A stretch of 64,000 nucleotides of DNA, taken from NCBI GenBank assembly GCA_030324005.1, contig JARDVH010000031.1, positions 38,411,680 to 38,475,679 of the forward strand, in the 5' to 3' direction. Position 1 is the first letter of the stretch; each line of letters starts with the position of its first letter. The position numbers and the translations under genes are program-made. A model generated the notes under the pieces. The model was not told where the DNA came from, ran no database searches, and saw only the letters and a program-made list of their open reading frames with translations. Shown here one piece after another: positions 27,001 to 39,000 of the stretch. Origin of the DNA: Negaprion brevirostris. Taxonomy: Eukaryota.

Positions 27001-30000
27001 ATATTACGCAATACTGATTTAAAATAGGATGTTGGTAAATATAGGAATATAAAATTGTATTTTTCAGGGGTTTATTCAGTAATTGCTCAACTTGAACCAA
27101 GAGGTGAAGCTAAAAGTACTGCAGAACTTTATGTATCAAGCCAAGGTAGGTGCCATTGTAAATTAACNNNNNNNNNNNNNNNNNNNNNNNNNNNNNNNNN
27201 NNNNNNNNNNNNNNNNNNNNNNNNNNNNNNNNNNNNTCTCTGCAGAAATCACCTTGAAGCCCAGAAAACCTGGTGGGTAATCTGTTTCAAAAAAAATCTT
27301 TTAGTCTACTTAAATTCTCCTTAATGCTGCAGTGAAGTACATGCAGAACTAATTATTTTCATCTTCACTGAGGCAAAAGATTTAATTGTGCAAAAATGAA
27401 ATGTGACGGTATCAAGTAACTTATTTAACTAATTACAAATATTTTTATTTGTATTTTTTCTTTATTTTGTGTTTAAAACAATAAGCATGTACAAGAGAAG
27501 CCAGTGATCAATAATTTAAAAGCTGCCACTGGCTTGCCTATTTGTCAATGATGTTAATATTCTTGTTCAAGTAGGTCAAATATTAAAATCTGAAATACTA
27601 TTTAGAAATTTAGGCTGGAATTTTGGAGGTGGAAAGGGCATGTCTTTTAACAGGACTGTGGCAGACCAAAACCCATCAGCCTTCACATCTCTGCCAGAAT
27701 TAAGTTCTGGGCAGCAAGGCCCATGGTGACTTTCCATTCTGGCCTAATTGAGATCCTTAAGTGGCCAACTAATGACCACATCACCACCAATAATCCAGCT
27801 GCAGGCAGGCCTGTTGCCATGCAATGTGCATAACACATAAAACTTGTGAAACCAACTTGTCAATTCCATGGGTGGGGTAGGTCCATCATGGTTCTTCAAT
27901 CAAAGATGCCTGATCAAGTGACTGGATATCAGGAAGGGAATGGCCTGCTGTGACCAATAGCTCTGCCCTTGCTGTCAATCCCCTTCCACTGCTCTCAGCT
28001 AGACTGCATCCCTCCCCGCAACGGCACCCCGCTCCTCTGCGTTATTTACCTGTGGACTGGGTCGCTCCGCCATTCAGGGACTGTCCATTCAGCAGCAGCC
28101 ATGGCCTCTCCAATGGCAGTGCTCAGTACTAGAACTGTCATCCTCTGATTAGCTGCCAACTCTTGGTAGGTGTGACTTCCATCCCCACGGATTTGTTTCC
28201 AGGGGAAGGCCCACCAGTGGGCTTGCCATGACCTGTTTTATCAGCAAATTCCTCCCCCCCCGCCCCCAAAAAGAAACACCCTAGGTCTCATGCTGGCTCT
28301 GCAGCCAGCAGACGAGAACTCCAACACCCAAATCAAGATTCCTCTCTTAATTTCATTTCTTACATTAAATAGTTTAGTAAAGTAATGATGTGATAAATGT
28401 GCAGAAAGAATGGAAGAACAAAACCTAATTACCATTCTTATTGTATTGTTCAAATGTCTTTGATATTGGAATTCCATTTGGAAAAAATTGCCGGTTACAG
28501 ATAAGCAAGCAGATAGTGTGGAAATGTTTTCTCAAGGATGTGCTGGCCTTAGAAAGGGTCCAGAGGAGGTTCACAAGAATGATCCCTGGAATGAAAAGCT
28601 TGTCGTATGAGAAATGGTTGAGGACTCTGGGTCTGTACTCGTTAGAGGTTAGAAGGATGAGCGAGGAATCTTATTGAAAATTATAGGATATTGCGAGGCT
28701 TGGATAGAATGGACGTGGAGAGGATGTTTCCACTAGTTGGAAAAAACTAGAAGCAGAGGGCACAACCTCAAGCTAAAGAGGCGATTCTTTAAAACTCTTT
28801 GCCGCAGAAGGCCGAAGAGGCCAGGTCATTGAATGCGTTTAAGACAGAGATAGATAGTTCTTGATTAATAAGAGGATCAGGAGTTATGCAGAAAAGGCAG
28901 GAGGAGGGGGAGGCGGAAAATATCAGCCATGATTGAATGGCAGAGCAGACTCGGTGGGCCAAGTGGCCTAATTCTGCTCCTATTTCTTATGGTCAAAGGA
29001 GTCTTGTTCAATTGTTTATTTGTCAAAATCACGTTTTGAATTCTTGCCACATTTTTCAGCAAATTTTTGAAGTTCCCCTGAGTCCTGTATCCCACTTTGT
29101 GCCCTTTTCAATGAGCTGCATTAATGCATTTTGTTTGACTTTTTGGAATTATATGTTACTAACGTATGTTTCCCTAATTTCTATGTTGTAGAAGAGGAAA
29201 AGAAAGAAGAAATAGGTAATGTGTTTATATCCTTTGCATCTCGATGAGCTAGAGAGATGATTAATTTCTAGGCATACCAACAGTCTTAAAAAATTATTAA
29301 AACAGAATATGCTGGAAATACTCAGCAGGTCTGGCAATATCCATGGAAAGTGAATGGGTAGAATATTAACAGGCAAGGGGGTGGTGGGTTTGTGTGTGGA
29401 GTGTGGATCCAGTCCAGCCCTGATTTAGGACAAGGTGTGCCCAGGTTGGGCATGAGGGGCATAACCAGTGGGGAGGAATGAGACGGAGACAGGACTGGTG
29501 AGGGGGTTGAAATGCAAAAGGGTAAGATGGAAGCCGAACTTAGAGTGAGGAGGCAAGGAGATACAGTGAGCAAAGGTCCAGAGTGCAAGGATCAAAGACT
29601 GTCCAGGGGAGGGTGAAAGACTGCTTGAATGTCGTTTGACTATAGCACCAGGACCTTCGAATCTATATAGTAACGGTGTGGTGTGTGACGTCCTGCCCAC
29701 CTCACCATGAGATTTGCCAAGTGCCTCATGGATGCGTAATTCATGGGCTGAAAAGCAGAAGATTCTACGTGTTTAGCTGTCTGGCTGCCACCATTGGATA
29801 TTGGAGAACAGAAAATTTCACACACAGTCTTCTTCAGCTCATATCAGCTCACAGTCTGAGTATATTTTATGTAGGAAACAATAAAAATGTACAGTTACAT
29901 TCTGACATTTGAAATAGTTAATCATTCAGAAAGATTTAGCATTTTTATGTAAATACCAGCCTTTTCTGCTCTTTCTGTTGATTTATTTTAGGAAGACTTT

Positions 30001-33000
30001 CCTTTAAACAGGAGTGATTGTTAACAGGCAAACTTATTGAAAGTGACCATGCTAGTTATTTGAAATGTAAGGTTGTCTGGATAATCTTGCATTAATGACA
30101 ATATCAATATCTCTAGCAGTGTTGATTTAATTTTCTTTTATTGTCAAGCTTACTGAAGTCAGTTTCTCAATTATTTAATTAGCAGTCACTGTGGCACAGT
30201 ATATTGCCAAAAATAAGCTTTTTAATGGAAATTATTTTACTAAATTTAGAAATTTCTTGTTTTATGTTGTAAAAAGATATTGTCCTGTCTCAAGTGTTAT
30301 TTATGAAATATGATCTGTTACTGGCAATGAGCTAATAAAAAATAATTCTTCTGAAATCACAGAAAGAGTCAAGATAAGTGAAGAGATTGCTTACACGATT
30401 GTGGAAGAAGAGAAAGTCAGTCATTGGAAAGGTACAGACAAATTGAGTTACCTTGATTAAGTACCTAGTCGGTTAGGTCAGTTGACTAGATGGCTGGTTT
30501 GTGATGCAGAATGGTGCCAAAAGTGTGGGTTCAATTCCTGTACCAACTGAGGTTATTCATGAAGACCCTGCTTTCTGAAACTTGCCCCTCTCCTGAGGTG
30601 TTGTGATCCTCATGTTAAATCATCACCAGTCAGCTCTCCCCCTTCAAAAGGGAGAGCAGCCTTTGGTTATTTGGGATGATGGTGACTTTAACTTTTGCCT
30701 AGCTGCAACTTATTATCTCGCCTTATTCAGGAAGATTGAATAGATAGGTGTCTTAGATAGCTACTGCTGTTCATGGAATTGCATGGAACATTATCCAGCA
30801 GTCTTAAGGAGAAGTTTTTTTTTGACAACTTTGGTGCTTATTAATTCACTGAAAGGGGATCAGCACATCATAGGTTGTCATTCAGATTTCTTAAATGCAT
30901 TTTATTCCTTTGTGTAACCAAAAGAAAAGTGTGTAACATTAAAAATGCTTTTTTAAAGTTCCTGAGGCTCCCAAGAGAACTGACGACATTTATGTTGAAG
31001 AGGAAATTCATGTAACAGAAGGTACAAAAATGAAGTGTTGTGCCTTTTTAATGTGCGCTTTCAGTGTTTTTATTATTTTAACTTGACGATTTATTTTCTN
31101 NNNNNNNNNNNNNNNNNNNNNNNNNNNNNNNNNNNNNNNNNNNNNNNNNNNNNNNNNNNNNNNNNNNNNNNNNNNNNNNNNNNNNNNNNNNNNNNNNNNC
31201 GGCGCAACATCGTGGGCCGAAGGGCCTGTTCTGCGCTGTAATGTTCTATGTTCTATGTTCTATGTTCTATGTACTTTGCCATCTTTTTGTTTCTTAATTT
31301 TTGCTTAACTATTGCATAAATTAAGTCTCTTTGAGTGTGTGCGTTTGTGGTGGTCCCCATATTTTAGAAAATAATTTGTTCAACAGTGGAAGTCTGAATG
31401 TGGTCAGTTACCTTGTACTTCATTGCTATGTAATTTGTGTAAAAAAACCCAAGAAAATCCACCAGTTATTTGACAGAAAACTGAACTTAAAATAATTTAA
31501 AATCTCAATATTTTTAATAATGAAACTAATCAGTCTGAGACCTTATTAAATGGTAAGCATGTGAGTTGTGAAACTCAATCTATGTTGCCCAACCTTCTAT
31601 ATCATTAAGTATGATAAGCCTTTGCTGCATTTCCTTCGAATGTCTTTTGTTAGTCGTGCTCTCAGATCATGGTTAAGCCTTTTCTATGTGTTAGTTTTTC
31701 ATCTATTTTCTTTGAACATTTTCTTGTGTCTTTTTCTGTACACAACATAACCAAAAATGAAACTGAACTAGAAAAATATGGAAACATTGATAGTATGAAG
31801 GTAGTTTGTAAAATATTAAATACATTTCATTGCAAATTATACATCAAGCACAGAATAAACTTCTTATGAGACTGCTTATTATTTAACACATGATTTTAAG
31901 TTCTGGAAACATGAAGGAACCATTTGGAATTATTAAGAATATAGCAAAGGTAACAATTTGATAGTTTTCTTGCTGTCTGACCAATATACATCTGAAGTGC
32001 ATTTTTCTGCAAAATATAGGATGTGAGAGCACAGAGTACTTGTTAATATAGTTTGTTAAATGTGTATAAATATCTTCTGTTAATTGGTGTGATCTGCAAT
32101 AATAATAATTTCTTTAAAGTGTCTGGATTTGCCGAAATACCTGAAAAAGTATCTGAACAAGCTTTTCCCCCTCGGACTCCTATTGTACAGGAGACAATAC
32201 TACACAAAGGTATAAAGAGCTTATGCTGTGTTTACAACAAAGCAGCTGTTTGTGATCTTGTTAGTCTTCTATTGTGTTTTCTCACAACAAAGGCCAGCTT
32301 CTTGTATTTACCTTTGCTTATTTATTTACGTACCGCTCTTTGAGATTTGGTGCGGTTTACCAAAGCAGATCTTGCTCTTTTTAATTGCTCCTACCTGTGT
32401 AGACTCCTATTACTGATCATTTTTGATGTTTTGTGCAAAGTGTTTAACACTGTCAACTCTGTGTTTGTTTATACTTTATTGAACTAATTTAAAGTTGTGT
32501 GTCTTTTAAAAATTGTATATGTGCAAGAAAGTTTGGATTCACACTCAATCAGGACTAATAACCTTTACATGGCATAAAGTGCCAAGAAAATATGACTTCA
32601 ATAGTTTGGATTACTAACTCTTCCGTAAGCACTCTAGGGCAAATTGAACCAGTTGGTATAGCAAAATGTTTGAAGACCGACCCTGGAATTATTTCTACTG
32701 CAGCACTTCAGATTGCACTTTTGTCAGATTGCTAACAGGACAGGAGCATCATCTTTTGAAAACTGATGCAAAGAACCAATGCAATCATTAGATCTGATTG
32801 CTGGTGATTATATTTTTGCAGGAACTAATTTCAAAAGAGGTTTTGGTGCAGATCCAACAAAATATAATGCAGTGTGACAGATTTCATATTTCACCGCCAT
32901 CTCAAACATATTTTGATTCCAGGTTTAACAATTAATTGGGAATTTTTGTATATATGTATTTTCTTTCACTTCCATCTGGTAAGATTTGTAATTATTGTTG

Positions 33001-36000
33001 TACATTTAGAGCTGCTTCTTGTATTTTTGTGTCAGATGTCTGTGCTTTATGTTCTAGTTGTTGTAATTATGCTTTTGTTCCATATATGTTGCTTAATCTT
33101 TTAAACATCTTCTAAGTTAACCTTCTTGAATGTAATTTATCTAAAAATCAAAATATTTTTTAAAGAACCTGCTGTTGAGGAGGTTACGCAAATTACAGTT
33201 TCAAGAAAGGAAGTAGTGCCTCCAAAAAAAGGTATGGAAATATTCATAGTATATTTTTTAAATGTCTTAGTAAAAGAAGAAAGCACAGGATTTTGCTGGA
33301 TTTGCGACTTGACTCTAAGTGTGGAATTTAATGTTGTGCCCTAGTAGCCAGGGTACTTTTAATCAAGCAAGATGGTGGTGGGTGGGACGCCACTGCTTTC
33401 CCACCTATGCCCCAATTACATCCAGGGTAGGAAGTGTCATGTATGACTTTCCCCTCCTGCCACCAATTGAGGCCTTTAAGTGGGCAATGAGTGCCCACTG
33501 AATTGCTGATTTGAGGGCCTGGCTTCAGGAAGAGTGGAAGGTTTGCTGAGATTCACTTCCCTCCCCTTGATGCTGACCCATCCCCACATCCTATGTCCCC
33601 CGCTTCATCATCACCCGCCTGTGGAGGGTCCCTCAGTGATTAAGGCCTTGGTTGGGTGTACTGCTGGAAATTGCCACCACTCATGTGGGTGCTGCTGAAC
33701 AGTAGAGCAGCTGGCCTTTGGCTGCTGGCTTTGGTGGGCGAGTTCTATCCTGGGGCCCTTGTTCCAGCACAGGCCCACAGCTGCCCTGTTGATTATCTGA
33801 TTGGCATTTAATTCAGCTGGCATTCCCAAAAAGAGTCAACGTAGAGCTCTTACCAGCAAGACTCCATTACACCCATTAACTACACTCCATCCATGTATGT
33901 TTTCAATTACACATGAACCTTCTGGATATTTTAAGGTTATTTCTCAACGAGCCTAAATGACTTTAGCTGCATCTCTTCATATAGTGTTCTTTATGTATCC
34001 CAAACTGCTTTTCTATATTGCATATTATAGTTTTATTTATCCNNNNNNNNNNNNNNNNNNNNNNNNNNNNNNNNNNNNNNNNNNNNNNNNNNNNNNNNNN
34101 NNNNNNNNNNNNNNNNNNNNNNNNNNNNNNNNNNNNNNNNNNCAGGGATCTTCTGCATCTGATTTTGTTGTGTCAGCACCATGGACTAATGTCCATATTA
34201 CACCAGCGTGTATATGTGTAATGTTAGTTGAACTGGTCATGACTTGTTGAAATCGTAGGCCTGATAATGGAAATGTTTACATGGAAATAATCTAAAGGTA
34301 GACCTTGAAGATTTCAAATGATGGGGCTGTGACATTTTGTCGCCATGACATAGTAGAGCATGGCTATATTTTCTGGCAGACCTGCCTATGCTTCAAGAAT
34401 TTCATTGTGCATAACTACGAGCCTTCTTCTGAATGTCCCACCAAATCTTCATCTGAGACATCTGCAGCAGAACGTTTGTGAAACCTCACCATCTGGCAAA
34501 CTAGCACCAATGCTTCCCAGATCCCCTGACCTGGCTATAGCCCACTTGTGCCTGGTGACTCACCATGTGAAAATCTTTTCTTTATTTATTTCTGGGGTGT
34601 GGGCATTGCTGGATAGGCCAACATTTGTTGCCCATTCCTAATTGCCCTTCAGAACGTGGTGGTGAGCTACCTTATTAAATCACTGCATTCCACATGGTGT
34701 GGACTGTTATCACTGATAGGGGGAGAGTTCCAGGATTTTGTCCCAACAGTAGAGAAGGAATTGCAATATATTTCCAAGTCAGGATGGTGTGAGATTTTGG
34801 GGGAGAACTTACAAGTGGTGGTGTTCACACGCCCTTACCCTTCTCGATGGTGATAGTTATGGATTTGGGAGGTGCGGTCTGAGGAGCCTTGGTGAGTTCC
34901 TGCAGTTCATCTTGTGGATGGAATACATTACTGCTACTATGCGTTGGTGTTGGAAGGCATGAATGTTTGTGGATGGATTGACAATTAAGGAAGCTGCTTT
35001 ATCCTGAATGGTGTAGAGCTTCTTGAATATTGCTGGAGCTGCACTCATTCAGGCGAGTGAAGAGTATTCCATCACATCCCTAACTTGTACCTTGTAGATG
35101 GTGAACAGGCATTGAGGAGTCAGGAGATGAGTTACCTTCTATAGGAATCCTAGCCTCTGAGCTGCTCTTTAGCATCAGTATGTCTGTAGCTAGTCCAGTT
35201 CAGTTTCTGGTCAATGGTAACCCCCAGGATGTCGATGGTGGAGAACTCAGTGACGGTAATATCATTGAATATCAAGGGGTGATGGTTAGATTCTCTCTTG
35301 TTGGGGATGGTCCTTGCCTTGCACTTACGTGGAGCAAATGTTACTTGCCATTTGTCAGCCCAAGCCTGGATATTGTCAACATCTTGCTGAATTTGGACAT
35401 CAACAGGGTTCTGTATCTGAGGTGTGAAACATTGTGCAGAAATTGTCAGGGCCCATAACCTTTGCAGTACGCAGTGCTGTCAGCTGTTTTTTGATATCGT
35501 GTTGAGTGAATCAAATTGGCTGAAGACTGGTTGAGGCTGAGATGGATCATCCACTCAGCACTTCTGGCTGAGTATTATCATAAATGCTTCAGCTTTATCT
35601 TTTGCACTGATGCTGGGCTCCTCCATCATTGAGGATGGGAATGCTCTACAAGCTCTTCTGCTCTAGTGTGCTCTTTAATTGTCTACCACTATTCACAATT
35701 GGATGTGGCAGGACTGTAGAGTTTGCCTTTGTCTATCATGTGCTTTGTGTGATTTTCATTAGATGTTTAAATAAATGTCATTTTTTAAATAAGCTTTTGC
35801 TAAATATAAAACATATTCCTAAAATGCCAGATGTTGCTGTGAAACCTACTCCTGAAGAACCAGTTCCGGTTCAAAGGAAACCTACTCCTGGGAAACCAGT
35901 TCCGGTTCAAAGGAAACCTACTCCTGAAGAACCAGTTCCGGTTCCAGTAAAAGGTACAAAAATACAAAATTTTATATAAACATTTTCCCATATGATATGG

Positions 36001-39000
36001 TAGTTTCGTCTTGGCACTAAGGTGACAATTTTGTCTTGTTTTCATAATGTTTCAAAGGAAAAATTGACTGTTGCGCAAAAAAACTAATTTTCAACTGTTG
36101 TGAATATGAGTGTTGTGATCATTTTTCTTACCTGCGTACATATAAATTATGAATATTGTGATAGTATTAGCATTCTTCAATATTCTGCTAAGAGATGGAT
36201 TAAATTGGAGTGAAGCTTCTTTCAAAAAAACTATGAAAATTTGAAAAAAATTATGAAATATTTTAAGAAAAATTGTGATGATGATATTGGAAAAAGGGAA
36301 TAATAAGACTCAGCAAAATGTTTCATTTGTTAGCAAAAAGAGTAAGGAGCCTTTTTGTGTTATATTTTAGCAGATATATTACAAGGAAGTAAAAATATTC
36401 CATTAACTCTGTCAGTGATTCAAATTCATATTGACATTGCATTACATACATAAGTACCAATAATTGGTACAGCTTTACAATTATGTTATTGTTACAGTAG
36501 AGATTGTTGTGTGTTGTCCTCTTTGGTGCTTTAATGCATTCTGTATATTTTCTTCATTTACTCAAGTCTTTAAACAATCAATGTTCTTTTCAAGTGCCGG
36601 GGATCCCTAAAAAAGCAGTTATTGAAGAAGCAAAACCAGCCATTATTTCAAGGAAAAAGGAGGTTTCTCCATTAGAAGGTATATTATTACCTTGAGGAAT
36701 TTTACTATCAACTTCATATCAGAATGCAAGCATGATTTTTCTTCATAATCATCTTATGTGTTCTAATCAGAACCCTGTTGTTGTTGATGATGCTTATTGT
36801 GGCATTTATTGATTTTATTTTATGCTATGTTTCATTCTGTTGTGAGTTGTCTTTATGTGTCATGCTCATTTATTGTTTTAAATTTTTATTTTTGCTTTAA
36901 CATAATAATTGGGGATTTAATCTGGAATATTTGGATCCATGGAGGGATGATTGTAATTAATTTGTTATGTCATCAATTTAGAAAGTAAGGCTGGAGCTCT
37001 ACCACAGAATCAGAGCGGGCGAAGGTCCGTTGACCTCAGGTGGGAATTTTCAGTCTCCCCCGATCGAGGTCGTAAAACCCCGCCCTAAGTCTATTGTTTT
37101 CTTAGTTCCCATGATGGGGGAGCGATGCCTAGTGGTATTGTCACTAGACCATTAATCTAGAAACTCATCTAATGTTCTAAGGACCCGTTTCAAATCTCAC
37201 CATGACAGGTAGTGCAATTTGAATTCAATAAAAAGAATATCTGGAATGAAAAATCTCCTGATGACCATGAAGCCTTTGTTGACTGTCAGAAAAACCCATC
37301 TGGTTTACTAATGTCCTTTAGGGAAGGAAACCTGCTGCCCTCACCTGATATGACTTCTATGTGACTCTAGAGCCACAGCAATGTAGTTGACTCTCAACTG
37401 CAACTCAGAATGAGCAATAAATGCTGGCCATGTCCCATGAATGAATAAAAAAAGTAGATTATTAAAATTGTGAATTGCCAGAGAAAGATTTTAGGATTTT
37501 TAAATGTTTGTCAGTTATTTAAAGTAAGCAAAACATAATTTTAAAGGTAGTTTGATTTTTGCTGGCTCCCACTAGAGTTACTGCCATTTTTTCATTTGTA
37601 GTATCAGTTGTCAAAATTATTAATTTGAATAAGGAATGTCTTCTTCCAGCAAATAAAATGCTAAGATGCAAGTTCAGACAACATGGAAACTCCTGATGGT
37701 TCAGAGAGTAAATAGGATTGAATTTTTACTGATCAAAAAGATTTGATCAGTAAAACCAGTTTTAGAGCCCAAGATGAGTCAGCTTGTTTAGTCATGATGA
37801 AGTTTGACAATGCCAAGATTCTTTTTTGCATCCCCTATTTAGATAAGACAGAAAATTCCTTGCTTATATTCTAGAATCAAGTTTGATTCTGTTGCAAGAA
37901 GAGTTTACATGATTTAAAATGTGCTGGATGCTGGGAGGAGTGGTGAATGTGGCCAGGAAGGTCACATAGTTGTAAGAGCAGTAGCAGATTTTGAGAGTGT
38001 GAGTGTTTCAGAGAAGAGGTGAAGTTAAGCCTTCCCCAGATAACTGTAGCAAGTGGAAAAGGGAAGGATTGTTACTTGTATTGTGGTAAAGATAGAGTTC
38101 TGTGGATCCATGGAGAAAATATGCAACGTGAAGCAGCAATCCAAGTGAAATCACTCACTTTATTTGTTCATTGCACCCAGTTCCTGGCAATAGTGGTTAA
38201 TGCATTAATATATTTTACCACACTTCATCATGTTCATTCACCATTTTGCCTTGGCACCCAGAAACTATCACAGAGCAAGAGTATCTCAGGTGGAATTCTT
38301 CCATCTGGGACTAAGTTCTGTGGCTGGGGTTTGGGAGAAATGCACCGCCTTGTTTCTATTTTGAATGTCCACCAGTCCCCTTACAGACGTATCTGAAAAT
38401 CTATTGGTCTTGCTTGAAAGCTTCTTGTCCCCAGACATCTTGCAGCTTCAGATTGTCGCTTCCCTGCTTGGGTCACAAAAAAAGCATATTCACTGTAAGC
38501 CTTTAAGAAGCTGCTAAAGCACTTGATTTCTCACTTTCTAATCAATGAGTTGCCTATGGTGAGTGCATTTTATGCTCTCACTTGACTCACTCTTGCAAAT
38601 TATGGTTGATATGCAATTGGGTAGGTTTACCCACTAACTTGTACAAATGCTTGCGCCTTTCACCATGCACACACCTAATAAGAGACAAAAACCGACTTTA
38701 ATGTCTCCATTTGTTGAGTATAGTCAAGCAGTTATCAAAATGCACAGATCAGGAGATCTGTTTCTAATCCTTGGCTTGCATGATAAATCAGGCAATATTA
38801 TACTTCTTTTTTAAAACCATGCCTTTTCTTAAAGTGACAGAGGTTGGTCCGGAGCCAATTATTGAAGAAGTAAAACCAGCTGTTGTGCCAAGAAAAGAAA
38901 AGGTTGCTCCAGCAAAAGGTACAAGATCACTCAGGATCCAGACACCAGCATTATCTTTACATCATACAGCATTTTGTTCTTTCTTTTACAATAAAAATGA

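Noticed and set aside
31901-31949. Exon-like segment ttttaag/ttctggaaac...gcaaag/gtaaca
   Set aside because: 49 nt, frame-breaking, with TGA in the PEVK frame; at most a decayed exon
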